Numbered from the stretch's first letter, positions 10,504 to 20,704 are shown. The stretch is 64,000 nucleotides of DNA from an uncultured delta proteobacterium (GCA_963815115.1 CAWFFN010000007.1:864001-928000); one strand, 5' to 3'. Notes: generated by a model from the letters alone, not told the origin. Translations and numbers: made by a program.

Positions 10504-11309
10504 CGACGACCCCGGCGCTGCGCCTGCGCGCCGTGCACGTGCGCCATCCCACCGCCGACCGCGACGCATTGCGCGACCTCGCGCTCGGGGTGCGCCGGGG
10601 GGAGATCCTCGCGCTGGTGGGTCCCAACGGCTCCGGCAAGTCGACGGCGCTGGCCACCATGGGACGCTCGCTGCTCCCCAGGCTCGGATGCGTCGATCTC
10701 GACGAGAGCGCCGCCGCCGCGCTCTCCGCCCGCGCCTTCGCCCGCCGGGTCGCACGGCTGCCACAGACTCCGATCTGTCCCGAGGGCATCACCGTCAGCG
10801 AGCTGGTCCGGGGAGGCCGGCATGCGTATCGCCGGTTCCTCGAGCCACTCGGGGACACCGATCTTGCCGCCGTCCGCGAGGCGATGCGCGCGGTGGACAT
10901 GATCGACCTGCGCCATCGTCGCATGGAGACGCTCTCGGGCGGCGAGCGCCGGCGCGCGTGGCTCGCCATGGTCCTCTGCCAGGAGGCGCCGATCCTCCTG
11001 CTGGACGAGCCCACGAGCGCACTCGATCTGCGCCACCAGAGCGAGCTGCTCGCGCTGCTCCGGCGCCTGGGTGACGAGCGTCGCGTCACCATCGTGGCCG
11101 TGCTCCACGACCTCGAGCAGGCGGCCTGGCTCGCCGACCGCGTCGCCGTGCTGCACCGCGGTCGGCTCTACGCCGCCGGGGCCCCCGCCGACGCCATCCG
11201 GGAGGACACGCTGCGTGACGTCTTCGGCGTCGAGGCGCGCATCACGCCCGACGCCGACGGCCTGGCCATCCGCATCCTCGGGCCGCGTGACCCGCTGCGC
11301 TTTCTCTAG
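10500..11309 (+). CDS. Iron-complex ABC transporter ATP-binding protein
   Basis: Walker A GPNGSGKS, signature LSGGE, Walker B LLLDEP, H-loop VLHD. Confidence 0.95.
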   Translation: MTTTPALRLRAVHVRHPTADRDALRDLALGVRRGEILALVGPNGSGKSTALATMGRSLLPRLGCVDLDESAAAALSARAFARRVARLPQTPICPEGITVSELVRGGRHAYRRFLEPLGDTDLAAVREAMRAVDMIDLRHRRMETLSGGERRRAWLAMVLCQEAPILLLDEPTSALDLRHQSELLALLRRLGDERRVTIVAVLHDLEQAAWLADRVAVLHRGRLYAAGAPADAIREDTLRDVFGVEARITPDADGLAIRILGPRDPLRFL

Positions 11310-11318
11310 GAGGACCAC

Positions 11319-11957
11319 ATGTTCGGGAAGACGATTCTCTCGGGCGACCGCCCCCTGCCCGCCGAGTTCCTCGAATGGCAGGTGAAGCTCCGGCACTGGA
11401 CCATGCTTGCACGCCATGGATCGCCGCACGCCGGCGTCGCTCCGCTCTGCTGCGTGCGGCAGCCCGGGCTCGGTCCCGGCGTCAGCATGCACTCGATCAT
11501 CTGTGGGCTCCTGCCACGCGCCGACGGTCTCTCCACCAAGACGCGCGACTTCCGCGCGCTCTACGAGGACAACGCCGAGAACGGTGCGCGCGCGGTCTAC
11601 GACGCGGGGATCGAGTACCTGAAGGGCTACTACGCGACGGCCGCCGAGTTCGACCCCAGCACCATCACGTCCCTGCTGCCTCGCGACGCCATGGTGGTGC
11701 GGGCGCTGCGCGCGAATCCGTCGTGCGCGCTCCTGTTCTACGTCTTCGACCTCGACGACCGTTCCGAGGAGGGCCGCTTCCGCTGCCTCCAGCTGAACTG
11801 CCGGACCGAGCTCCACGAGGACGGGCCGCTGTTCGACAACGTGTGGTGGCACAACGCCGTCTTCCACGGCAAGCTGGACGACCAGGTGATGGTTCGCTTC
11901 GTCCACCAGAGCACGTACGACACGGGCTTCGGCGGACTCGACGCGATCGACGCGTGA
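11319..11957 (+). CDS. Hypothetical protein, possibly PNPOx-like split barrel (HugZ/HutZ-like role)
   Basis: RBS AGGAGG; last gene of the uptake operon; LRANPSCALLF resembles the split-barrel NPxxxL motif. Confidence 0.55.
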   Translation: MFGKTILSGDRPLPAEFLEWQVKLRHWTMLARHGSPHAGVAPLCCVRQPGLGPGVSMHSIICGLLPRADGLSTKTRDFRALYEDNAENGARAVYDAGIEYLKGYYATAAEFDPSTITSLLPRDAMVVRALRANPSCALLFYVFDLDDRSEEGRFRCLQLNCRTELHEDGPLFDNVWWHNAVFHGKLDDQVMVRFVHQSTYDTGFGGLDAIDA

Positions 11958-11996
11958 TGACGGAGGTTCGCGGCGGCCCGGCGGAGTCGCGAGGAC

Positions 11997-12470
11997 CTAC
12001 GCCGCCAGGGCTTCGTTGACCGCCTGCCGCAGCTTGCGGTCGTCGGGTGCGACGTTGCTCGGGAAGAACCCCCGCACCTCGCCGTCCTTGCCGACGAGGT
12101 ACTTGCAGAAGTTCCAGTTCGGTACGTCGCCCGACCGTGTGAGGAAGGCGTAGACCGGCGACTGTCCGGGGCCGGGCTTCGTCTCGCCCTTGGCGAACAT
12201 CGGGAAGCTCACGCCGTAGTTGCGCTGGCAGAAGGTCTGTATCTGCTCCGCGGAGCCCGGCTCCTGGCCGCCGAACTCGTTGCTCGGGAAGCCGAGGACG
12301 GCGAAGCCCTCGCCGTCCAGCTCGTCCTGCAGCTTCTGCAGGCCGGTGTACTGCGGCGTGAACCCGCACTCGCTGGCGACGTTCACCACCAGCGTGACCT
12401 TGCCGCGGAACTCCCCCAGGTCGGCCGGGCGCCCGTCCAGTCGCTGCGTCTTCAGATCGTAGAGGCCCAT
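11997..12470 (-). CDS. Glutathione peroxidase (Cys type)
   Basis: VVNVASECGFTPQY, LGFPSNEFGGQEPG, PNWNFCKYLV. Confidence 0.95.
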   Translation of the reverse strand: MGLYDLKTQRLDGRPADLGEFRGKVTLVVNVASECGFTPQYTGLQKLQDELDGEGFAVLGFPSNEFGGQEPGSAEQIQTFCQRNYGVSFPMFAKGETKPGPGQSPVYAFLTRSGDVPNWNFCKYLVGKDGEVRGFFPSNVAPDDRKLRQAVNEALAA

Positions 12471-12661
12471 GCCGCCTCTATCGCCCGCTTCCTCGACCCG
12501 CGGCAAGCCCCCACGGACCGTGCGGCCGACGCCACGTAGTCGCGACTCGTCAACGATTTTCGCGGATTGACACGTTGGCGGTGGTTGGTGGCGTCTCTCA
12601 AAAGAGCACGACCTGCCCCTCGTCTCCACGCCAAGGCACCACGCATCCCCCCGAGAGAATC

Positions 12662-14404
12662 ATGAATGAAGACTGTCCCGACACCACCCCGGTCATGAAA
12701 CCCGCCCTTCCGCGCCTGACCATGTGCGCCCTCGCAGTCGCCATGGGACTGGCTGCTTCGTGCCCCGCATGGGCCGATCCGGCCGTCTCCCTCCTCCCGC
12801 GGCTGCCGGTCTGCGGAGACCAGGACCAGTCGTCGACCCAGCTCGAGTGCACCGACTTCGTACCGATTCCGGACATCGAGGTCTTCCGGGTCCCGGGCCA
12901 GGGCCCTACGGATCTGACCTTCGACTTCGTCTTCTCCGAAGCCAGCGTTCCCAATGAGCTCGGCGTCTTCCGGCTCGACGACCTGAACGGCAGGGTGGGA
13001 GACCTGAGCCCTGCCGAGCCGGGCTACCTCTCCGCCGCGCTCGCGCGTGCGCAGACCCTGTTTCCCTCCGGGTCCGATGCTTTCGTCGCCGACAAGACGA
13101 TCCGCGTGAGCGGAGGCGATCTGCTGGTGTTCTTCATCGTCCACGGCGGCACGCTCGCGAGCCTGCAGGCCACGAACCCGACGAACGACGTCACCAAGCT
13201 CCCGGTCGCCTACTTCTCGCTCACTCGTCTCAATCCCGATCCGGGCTCGCTCTACGGCGGCGATCATCTCATCGGCTTCCGGAGTCTGTCGCCTCAGCTC
13301 ACGGAGTTCGCCTTCGAGGACCTCAGCCAGTTCAGCGACTGGGACTTCGACGACGTCGTCTATACCGTCTCGGCGCGCCTCGAGCGTCCCGCCTGCGACG
13401 GACCGGACGGTGACGCCGACGGCGTCCCCGACGCCTGCGACGACTGCCCGTCGGTCGTGAATCCGGACCAGCGAGACGGCGATGGCGATCTCGTCGGTGA
13501 TGCGTGCGACGATTGCGCGGGCGTCCCCAACCTCGCACAGGGCGACTCCGACGGCGACGGGCGCGGCGACGCCTGCAGCTTCGAGGTCTGCGGCGACGGG
13601 CGCGACAACGACGGCAACGGGCTCACCGACGCGGCCGATCCGGGTTGCCCCTCCCTTCGCATCGAGAAGCTCTCCCAGCCGGCTCGCGGAGCGAGGATCG
13701 GCGGGATGGTCAAGGTGAAGGGACGCGGGTTCGGCGACGTGCAAGGGACCCTCGAGCTCGGCACCCAGGACGTCTCCGTCGAGCGATGGCGCGACAAGCG
13801 GGTCACCTTCGCCGTGCCCCCGCTCGGCGGCGGGCTCTACCTCGTTCGCGTGCTTCGCGGCCAGGACCGCAGCGAGCGCGAAGCGCTCTTCGTTCCGGGC
13901 GTGCCCATCGGAACCAAGAAGCAGACCCTCAAGGCGCTGGGCGACGTCTACGGCGGAACCTCGTGGTGGACCTACTACGACAGCGTGGCGCGGCACAGCA
14001 TCAAGCTCGCGAACCCCTTCTGGCTGCAAGCGGCGCTGCTGGGGTCCACGCCGGACGAGCGGGATCTCATCGTCGCCACCGCCACCTCGATCGACGCGAC
14101 CACCTACGGGCCCTCGAACCGCGCGCGCCGCGACACGGCACGCGCACTCGACGTCTGCGAGGAGCAGTACCTGAGGCAGATGCCCGACGCCGTCCTCGAC
14201 CAGTACCTCGCCTGTGCGGGGTATCCCGGTCCCAAGAAGCGGTTCCGCGCACTGCCCGCGGACGTGCAGCTCGCGATGCTCAACCGGGGCCGCCCCGGGC
14301 CCGGGAAATCGTGCTTCGTCGGGTCGGCGCACCAGGATGCGTGTCGTGACGCGCTCCGGACCGGCGCCGTCGGCGACGCAACGCTCGCCACGCTGGGCTT
14401 CTAA
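12662..14404 (+). CDS. Secreted protein with DUF4114-like domain, thrombospondin type-3 Ca-binding repeats and an IPT/TIG-like domain (start 12662 or 12695)
   Basis: FAFEDL…DWDFDDVV; DGDADGVPDACDDCP…NPDQRDGDGDLVGDACD; VKGRGFG…WRDKRVTFAVP. Confidence 0.75.
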   Translation: MNEDCPDTTPVMKPALPRLTMCALAVAMGLAASCPAWADPAVSLLPRLPVCGDQDQSSTQLECTDFVPIPDIEVFRVPGQGPTDLTFDFVFSEASVPNELGVFRLDDLNGRVGDLSPAEPGYLSAALARAQTLFPSGSDAFVADKTIRVSGGDLLVFFIVHGGTLASLQATNPTNDVTKLPVAYFSLTRLNPDPGSLYGGDHLIGFRSLSPQLTEFAFEDLSQFSDWDFDDVVYTVSARLERPACDGPDGDADGVPDACDDCPSVVNPDQRDGDGDLVGDACDDCAGVPNLAQGDSDGDGRGDACSFEVCGDGRDNDGNGLTDAADPGCPSLRIEKLSQPARGARIGGMVKVKGRGFGDVQGTLELGTQDVSVERWRDKRVTFAVPPLGGGLYLVRVLRGQDRSEREALFVPGVPIGTKKQTLKALGDVYGGTSWWTYYDSVARHSIKLANPFWLQAALLGSTPDERDLIVATATSIDATTYGPSNRARRDTARALDVCEEQYLRQMPDAVLDQYLACAGYPGPKKRFRALPADVQLAMLNRGRPGPGKSCFVGSAHQDACRDALRTGAVGDATLATLGF

Positions 14405-14476
14405 GCGGTCTGCCGTTCCCAGCCGGCGACACCGGGACGTTCCGGAAACTGCGGTCGGGGCATAGAATGCGGCAGC

Positions 14477-15058
14477 ATGCTGACGCTCTACTTCGCGCCC
14501 GGGTCCAGCTCGATGGCGCCGCACGTCGCGCTGCATGAGATCGGCGTGCCGTTCGACGCCCGGCCGCTGTCGTTCGCCCGGATGGAGCACCGCGCCCCCG
14601 CGTTCCTCGCACTCAATCCCGAGGGCAAGGTCCCGACGCTGGTGATCGACGGCCGGCCTCTCACCGAGGTGGCCGGCATCCTGTTCTACCTCGCGCGACG
14701 CTATCCCGACGCCGATCTGCTGCCGCGCGACGATCCGGAGGCGGAGGCTCGCGTCGTCTCGTGGATGTCCTTCATCGCCTCGACCGTCCACCCCGCACGG
14801 CGCCAGGGCCTCGAGTATGCCAGCCGGATCTACGCCATGGCCGACCGCCGTCTCGGCCGCAACGAATGGGCAGTGGAGCGCTACTCGATCGCCGACATCC
14901 ACCTGTTCCGGCTCTTCTGGCGCTTCCGCGGCGCGTTCAAGCCCGAGGCCGATGCGTTTCCGAACCTCGAGGCGCACCACCGGCGCATGATGGCACGGGC
15001 TGCGGTCAAGCGAACGTGCGACATCGAGGCCGCGATCGGCTACGAGCTGCCCGCGTAG
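14477..15058 (+). CDS. Glutathione S-transferase
   Basis: LYFAPGSSSMAPHVALHE…LALNPEGKVPTL…YSIADIHLF. Confidence 0.93.
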   Translation: MLTLYFAPGSSSMAPHVALHEIGVPFDARPLSFARMEHRAPAFLALNPEGKVPTLVIDGRPLTEVAGILFYLARRYPDADLLPRDDPEAEARVVSWMSFIASTVHPARRQGLEYASRIYAMADRRLGRNEWAVERYSIADIHLFRLFWRFRGAFKPEADAFPNLEAHHRRMMARAAVKRTCDIEAAIGYELPA

Positions 15059-15061
15059 GCG

Positions 15062-16141
15062 TCACGGCGCAGCGCTGACGGCGCGGGCCCTCGCGTCGGG
15101 CGACCCCGCAGGTCGGTCATGTGCACGCGCCCGCAACGTCGGCAGCACCGCGGGCAGCAGGTTGTGTACGAAGCGCCGCGCGCCACGCAAGCTCAGGTGA
15201 CACGGATCGTTGAACCAGTGCGCGTCGCCCCCGAGCCGGGCAGCCTGATCGACGAAGCGCGCCGACGGGTGCTCGCGCGCCACACCGCGGATCACGGCGT
15301 TGTGCACCTCTACCGCGTGCCGGACCTGCCGCGGATCGCCCCACATCTCGAGCGGCGCCAGGTGCAGGCCGTAGCCGAGTCCCGCTTCCTTGAAGCGAGC
15401 AAGGGAGTAGTCGTCCGGGATCCACATGGCGAAGGTCATGAGCAGCACGGGCTCTCCACGGCTGGTCGCGCGCTCGAGGATCGCGCGCAGATTGGCCTCG
15501 AGCGGGCCGGCGGTACGGACCGTGTCCCCGTAGTGGAGCCAGTCGGCACGTGGTCCGTTGCGGGGAACGTAGCGCGACGAGAGCAGGACCTGACGTAGCC
15601 GCAGGGCCACGTACTCCAGCGTGTAGGGCAACGCGAACCGTGCCCGACCCTGATGTGCCGCCAGCGCGTTCACGATCTCGTACCATCCGTAGTGTCCGTA
15701 GTCGTCACGGAACAGCTCCGGAGGCACGTTGTTCGCGCGCGCCTCGTTGATGCCGTCGTACACCACCACCAGGTCGAAGCGCTCCGCCCCGATGGCCTCG
15801 TAGGCGAGGCGGCTGTCGCGCGACGTCAGGCCCGGAGCGGCGAGATTGAAGATGCGCACGTCACGGTGGCCGGCGTATGCGAGCTGCTCGCGCAGCTCCG
15901 CCTGCACCGTGCCCCAGTGCGGATGGAGGGTCGACCCCCCGAGCAGGAGCACGTGCATTCGCCCGGCCGCCCATTTGGGATAGTGCGCGTCGATCCTGGC
16001 GAGCCCGGGATAGAACGCCTGGAGCACGCGCTCGGGATGAGTGAACGGGACGCCACGCGCTCGCCAGAACAGGCGGGCGCCGACCTCGAGCGACGCCAGG
16101 CAGAGAAGGACGAATGCCAGCGATCGGATGGCCCGCGACAC
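15062..16141 (-). CDS. Membrane-anchored SGNH/GDSL hydrolase-like protein
   Basis: N-terminal TM segment; LGGST (block I), YDGINE (block III), FNDPCHL (DxxH). Confidence 0.75.
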   Translation of the reverse strand: MSRAIRSLAFVLLCLASLEVGARLFWRARGVPFTHPERVLQAFYPGLARIDAHYPKWAAGRMHVLLLGGSTLHPHWGTVQAELREQLAYAGHRDVRIFNLAAPGLTSRDSRLAYEAIGAERFDLVVVYDGINEARANNVPPELFRDDYGHYGWYEIVNALAAHQGRARFALPYTLEYVALRLRQVLLSSRYVPRNGPRADWLHYGDTVRTAGPLEANLRAILERATSRGEPVLLMTFAMWIPDDYSLARFKEAGLGYGLHLAPLEMWGDPRQVRHAVEVHNAVIRGVAREHPSARFVDQAARLGGDAHWFNDPCHLSLRGARRFVHNLLPAVLPTLRARAHDRPAGSPDARARAVSAAP

Positions 16142-16227
16142 GAGTCCGGGATACGTAGCCGACCCCGTCGCGGCGGCGCAATGGCACGCTGCGACACCGG
16201 GGTCCCCGGCCCGCCACGCCGGGGATG

Positions 16228-17802
16228 CTACTTGCCCAGCCCTGCGCGCACGTCGTCGTCGGCGCGTCGGATGTCGGTGGCGCAACCCGAGGTCAGCTTG
16301 GGCTTCTTTCCCCTGCTCGCATTCCGGACGCTCTTGTCCGCCAACCCGAGCGTGGCCCTGGCGTGCCGGAGGAGGCGCTTCGCCTTTCTTGCGACGCTGG
16401 CGTCCGCTTCGTCGATGAGGTGCACCGCCTGGTCGAACTTCCTCGTGACGCTCGGCGGGACCCTCTCGCCGGCGCACGACGGGCTCCGGAGGCCGGCGTC
16501 CAGGATGCAGCGCGCGCTCAGGCAGGGAACCGTCGTGCTGGTCGTTGCCGTACCGGCAGCCGTCGTGGTCGTGGTGGCGCCGGCGATGGTGCTGGTGGTG
16601 GCCGGTGCGGTGCTCGTGGTCGTCGCGATCGCGCACTGCGAGAGATCGACCTGGCAGCCGGCGCAGCGCGCACAGTCGGGGGCCAGCGGCGGCGTGGAGG
16701 TCGCGGCGTCGCACACGGCCACGGCCTGCCCGCCGGCCAGCGGACACTCGCAGGTCTCGGCGCAGTCGGCCTGAACGACGCCGTCGCCGCAGTAGCCCGA
16801 GCCGCAACTCGGTAGCGTGGCCGGAGGCACGAACGTCGAGGTGGTGGTGGTCGTGGTCGTCGTCGTGATCGTGGGACCGCCATTCAGCGTGGTGTAGTCG
16901 TGGCCGGTACTTCCGGTGGCGCCCTTGCCCTCGGAGTTGATGAGAAGGACCTCGCCGGTGTTGAGCAGGTCGATCGACGCATGGTCCGACTCCCAGTCGC
17001 CCCCGTGGACGAACCCCTGGAGAGCCAGCCCGGTCATGACCGAGACCTGGACGCCGAGGCTGAATTGGAGAGCGATCGGGGTGAGCACCGGGATGTTCTG
17101 GAGCATCCGGCTCGCGCCGAACGGACAGCCAGGGGTATGGCTGAATCCGGGCGGCATCGTGGTTGCGACCCCGCCGAGATCGGTACCATCGGCACGCGAG
17201 AGCGAGACCCCTACATTTCCGCGCAGATCGCTGTCGTCGTCGAAGGTCGCCGGATGGGCGCAGTCGGCGAGCGCCTCTATGGTGACGGTCGTCAGGTCAC
17301 CCTGGTGGGGCGCGTCCTGGGTAGCGGGCACGGTGACGATGTCGACGAAGCCCGCGCCGATGGTCACCACTGCCCTGGCATAGAACGGATTGTCGGCGAG
17401 CGCACCGGGGAACCCTGCCCCGTAGCGCAGCGGCGCCGACTGGGCGCCGGCGCTCGCCGCCAGGTGGATCGAGCCGATCTCGGCTCGCATGAAGGCGTCG
17501 ATGCTCGCGACGCCCGAGAACAGCTGGCTCAGCCCGGCGCCGAAGTGGACGGCGTCGAGGATGCCGCCGTCGACCTGCACGTCCGTCGAGCCGCCCGGGC
17601 CGGCGGTCGTCGTCACGGTCACCGGAGCCAGGTCGATTGGCGGCAACGCACTGAAGGGAACCACCGTGGGATTCAGCGTGCCGACGTACGCGAACCCGCT
17701 GCCAGCGGGACTGATGACTCCGGGGGTCGGGAGGGCCGCCAGCCCTGCGCGCGGGCGTAAGCCGCAGGCCGCGACGAGCAAGGCCGCAAAGGCCGCACGC
17801 AT
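16228..17802 (-). CDS. Secreted hypothetical protein with Thr-rich linkers and a Cys-rich segment
   Basis: Signal-like N-terminus, poly-Thr linkers, CGDGVVQADCAETCEC. Confidence 0.75.
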   Translation of the reverse strand: MRAAFAALLVAACGLRPRAGLAALPTPGVISPAGSGFAYVGTLNPTVVPFSALPPIDLAPVTVTTTAGPGGSTDVQVDGGILDAVHFGAGLSQLFSGVASIDAFMRAEIGSIHLAASAGAQSAPLRYGAGFPGALADNPFYARAVVTIGAGFVDIVTVPATQDAPHQGDLTTVTIEALADCAHPATFDDDSDLRGNVGVSLSRADGTDLGGVATTMPPGFSHTPGCPFGASRMLQNIPVLTPIALQFSLGVQVSVMTGLALQGFVHGGDWESDHASIDLLNTGEVLLINSEGKGATGSTGHDYTTLNGGPTITTTTTTTTTSTFVPPATLPSCGSGYCGDGVVQADCAETCECPLAGGQAVAVCDAATSTPPLAPDCARCAGCQVDLSQCAIATTTSTAPATTSTIAGATTTTTAAGTATTSTTVPCLSARCILDAGLRSPSCAGERVPPSVTRKFDQAVHLIDEADASVARKAKRLLRHARATLGLADKSVRNASRGKKPKLTSGCATDIRRADDDVRAGLGK

Positions 17803-17912
17803 CCTGTGGCACGTCTACCACCACGCTGCTCTCGGCGACAAATGTGTTCAGCAGGCTCGCGGCCGGGAGCGGTTGCTTCCGAAACGCGGGCAACTATGAA
17901 TAGTCGGGCAGG

Positions 17913-18554
17913 ATGTTGCGCCTCCCGGGCCTGATGGGACCAATCCGCCGGCGCTCTGCGATCCTCACCCTCGCGACGGTCGCAGCGCTCGTCGTTCTCG
18001 GGCTCGCGCGCGACCCGCCGGCCACTGTCGCGGCGGACGCAGCCAAGGAACCGGGCGCCCAGGCGACCACGGAGACCGCGATCCTCGCCGGTGGATGCTT
18101 CTGGGGCATGGAGGAGATTCTGCGCAAGATCCCGGGCGTGATCTCCACCCAGGCCGGCTACACCGGCGGCTCGACGGCGAATCCGACCTACCAGGACGTC
18201 CACACGGGCAGCACCGGTCATGCCGAGGCGGTACGCGTCGTGTTTGATCCCGCCACACTGTCGTACGAGGATCTGCTCGAGAAGTGGTACTTCCGCATGC
18301 ACGATCCAACCACGAAGAATCGACAGGGCAACGACATCGGCACGCAGTACCGCTCGGCGATCTTCGTCACCTCCGAGAGGCAGCGCGAGATCGCCGAGCA
18401 GGTGAAGAAGCGTGTGGACGCTGGCGGGAAGTGGCACGCACCGGTCGTGACCGAGATCGTCGCGGCCGGCACGTTCACACCGGCGGAGGAGTATCACCAG
18501 AAGTACCTGCAGAAGAATCCCGGCGGGTACACGTGTCACTACATGCGGGACTAG
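17913..18554 (+). CDS. msrA: Exported peptide-methionine (S)-sulfoxide reductase MsrA
   Basis: GGCFWG, GHAEAV, HDPT…RQGNDIGTQYRSAIF, AEEYHQKYL. Confidence 0.96.
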   Translation: MLRLPGLMGPIRRRSAILTLATVAALVVLGLARDPPATVAADAAKEPGAQATTETAILAGGCFWGMEEILRKIPGVISTQAGYTGGSTANPTYQDVHTGSTGHAEAVRVVFDPATLSYEDLLEKWYFRMHDPTTKNRQGNDIGTQYRSAIFVTSERQREIAEQVKKRVDAGGKWHAPVVTEIVAAGTFTPAEEYHQKYLQKNPGGYTCHYMRD

Positions 18555-18746
18555 GATCGCCGCTCCGGTCGGGCGGGTAGGAGCGTCTTCGCATCGTGAC
18601 GGGGCGCTCACGGCGAAGGGTTCGCAGGACGCCCGTTCCCGGAGAGCCTCCTGGGTCGCGAGGAACGGCGGCAGCCCCCGGCTGGCGCCCCCCGGCTCGA
18701 GGCCTCGCTCCGGCACGGACTGCTGGCCCGGCCTGCGCCGCGACGA

Positions 18747-18775
18747 GGTAGCAACCCGCTACCCCGAAAGTAGCG
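18747..18775 (+). promoter_or_regulatory. Recurrent motif GGTAGC-N5-GCTACC-N6-GTAGCG, copy 1
   Basis: GGTAGCaacccGCTACCccgaaaGTAGCG, about 55 bp upstream of ATG 18831. Confidence 0.65.
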
Positions 18776-18830
18776 CCTCTCTGGAGCACGACCCGCTCGA
18801 CACGGGCGGGAACATGAAAGGAGAGACCCG

Positions 18831-19289
18831 ATGGGCTTCAGAGGACCGAAGATCGTCGCGGACGCGCCGCGAACTGGCCACATGCTGAAGGCGGCCCTGC
18901 TCGCGCTCGCACTGACGGTCGGTGCCACCGCGGCACACGCGGCCGACGCCTGCTACCGGGGTGCGTCCGGCAACATCCTGGTATTCAAGAAGTTCAAGCT
19001 GCCCCGAGCAAACGAGTGCTCGCCGATCACCGGCTACCAGCACAACTCGGATTGCACGCTGGCCGGCACGGCGTGCGGCACGTCCGACGGCATCACCGTA
19101 CACTTCAACTTCAACTACATCTGCCACTTCGAGGGATTCGGCACGTACTTCTTCTTCACGGACCGCTCCATCGGCCAGGGCGACGGCCAGTTCTGTCAGG
19201 AGAACCTGAGCACCGGCCAGTTCAGCTGCCCGACCTTCATCGCCTCCAGGGTCGGCTGTCCGACGACCCCGAGCTTCACCGAATTCTGA
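18831..19289 (+). CDS. Small secreted Cys-rich hypothetical protein
   Basis: RBS AAAGGAG, signal peptide (…TAAHA|A), eight Cys. Confidence 0.75.
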   Translation: MGFRGPKIVADAPRTGHMLKAALLALALTVGATAAHAADACYRGASGNILVFKKFKLPRANECSPITGYQHNSDCTLAGTACGTSDGITVHFNFNYICHFEGFGTYFFFTDRSIGQGDGQFCQENLSTGQFSCPTFIASRVGCPTTPSFTEF

Positions 19290-19706
19290 GCCGACGACAG
19301 CGACGGCGTGTTCCGCGGAAGGAGCTGTCCCCTCCCAGCGCGGCCTCGGGGCCGCAGGCAGCTCCTTCCGCGGGCCGACACGGCGAAAGCGTCCCCTGCG
19401 TCCGCGGCTGACTCCTCCCCGCCCGCCCGGTCCCCCTGCGCACTACCCTGGATGCTCGGAGGGCAAGGCGTCCGCGCCGGCAGGGCGTCCCGAATGGTGG
19501 CGGCAACGGCCCCGCCCCGCTGCACGGGAGTCTGAGAAGCCCACGCGGGGGGCATCGGTACCAACCCCGCTTCCCGAGCCACCGGCGCCATCGGGGTGGT
19601 ACGGGATGGCAAGACACCGGCCCCAGGGATGTGCACAATGGACCGCTCTCTCGGAGGGCTCCTCGCTGACCGCCCTCCCCCTCACACAACCACGTCGAGG
19701 AGAGCG

Positions 19707-20648
19707 ATGGCGAAACGAGCGGTGAAGAGGATCGACAAGAAGGGGCCCGGGGTGAAGCGGATTCCCGACCTGAAGCCTGGCAGATACGCCGATGGGCTAC
19801 CCTTCAACGACATCCAGTACCTCGAGTGCAAGCTCATCCTGAGGCCGAACCACTTCACGTCGCGCAGGAGCCTGTTCGACTTCGCCAAGCTCCTGCGACG
19901 GCCGGCAGCGGAAGCCAGGGTCGACTGGTCGAGCGCGGAATTCGTCGATGCGCCGCTGCAGATTCGCGAGGTCCTGTTCCTGGATACGACGGACTTCCGG
20001 TTCTACAACAACGCCTTCATCCTGCGACGCCGCATCCCCTACGAAGACGGCTTTCCCGCGGGCGACCCGGAGATCGTGTTCAAGTTCCGCCACCCGGACA
20101 TGCAGACCACCGCCGAACAGGATGTCCGACCCGATATCTTCGGGGACTACCGGATCAAGTTCAAGGCCGAAGCCCTGCCGCTCAAGGACCGGCTCGGCGG
20201 GATCCGCATGCTCTTCTCACACAACGTGGAGTTCCCGTTGAGTCACGTGCACGAGGGTGATCCCACCGCACTCGACACCGTGATGCGCGTGTTCCCGGCC
20301 CTCAAGCGCTTGAAGAAGTCCCCCGGGGAGAAGGTCGAGCTGGTCGGTGCAACGATCGTCGAGGAGGTACTCCAGGACATCGGCATCCTCGACTTCGGAG
20401 GAGGAATGTCCGCCAAGGCGAACGTCGCGCTCTGGCGTGCCCGGGGCGACCACCGGCCGCTCATCGGCGAGTTCGCCTTCGAGCTCAAGTTCAAGCGGCG
20501 GGAGGATCTGGGCGCGAAGGCTTTCAAACGCACCGAGGCGTTCTTCCTGGCCCTCCAGTACGCCGCGAAGGACTGGCTCGCTCTCGGTGCAACCAAGACG
20601 GGCGTGGTCTACCGATTGAAGGGCGCCCCCCCGCACGCCCACGAGTGA
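19707..20648 (+). CDS. Hypothetical protein, possibly CYTH-like (triphosphate tunnel) fold
   Basis: RBS GAGGAG; ExK (YLECKL), FLDT.DF, ILRRR, KFR, EFAFE and TKT patterns recall CYTH domains. Confidence 0.6.
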   Translation: MAKRAVKRIDKKGPGVKRIPDLKPGRYADGLPFNDIQYLECKLILRPNHFTSRRSLFDFAKLLRRPAAEARVDWSSAEFVDAPLQIREVLFLDTTDFRFYNNAFILRRRIPYEDGFPAGDPEIVFKFRHPDMQTTAEQDVRPDIFGDYRIKFKAEALPLKDRLGGIRMLFSHNVEFPLSHVHEGDPTALDTVMRVFPALKRLKKSPGEKVELVGATIVEEVLQDIGILDFGGGMSAKANVALWRARGDHRPLIGEFAFELKFKRREDLGAKAFKRTEAFFLALQYAAKDWLALGATKTGVVYRLKGAPPHAHE

Positions 20649-20704
20649 CTTCGCCCGGCCGTGCCGAGCGACCTGAGCCTGGCGCCAGCGGTCGCCGAAC
20701 GACC

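Noticed and set aside
12452-14980. Long antisense ORFs (12452..14980, and likewise 9402..11906 and 35925..38507)
   Set aside because: Typical stop-poor shadow frames of GC-rich genes on the opposite strand; no recognisable motifs.
16838-16870. GTG/GTC trinucleotide run as a contingency repeat
   Set aside because: It encodes a poly-Thr linker with mixed codons, in frame.
17865-17880. Degenerate fourth copy of the GGTAGC motif (GGGAGCggttGCTTCC)
   Set aside because: Two core mismatches, wrong spacer length and no third half-site.
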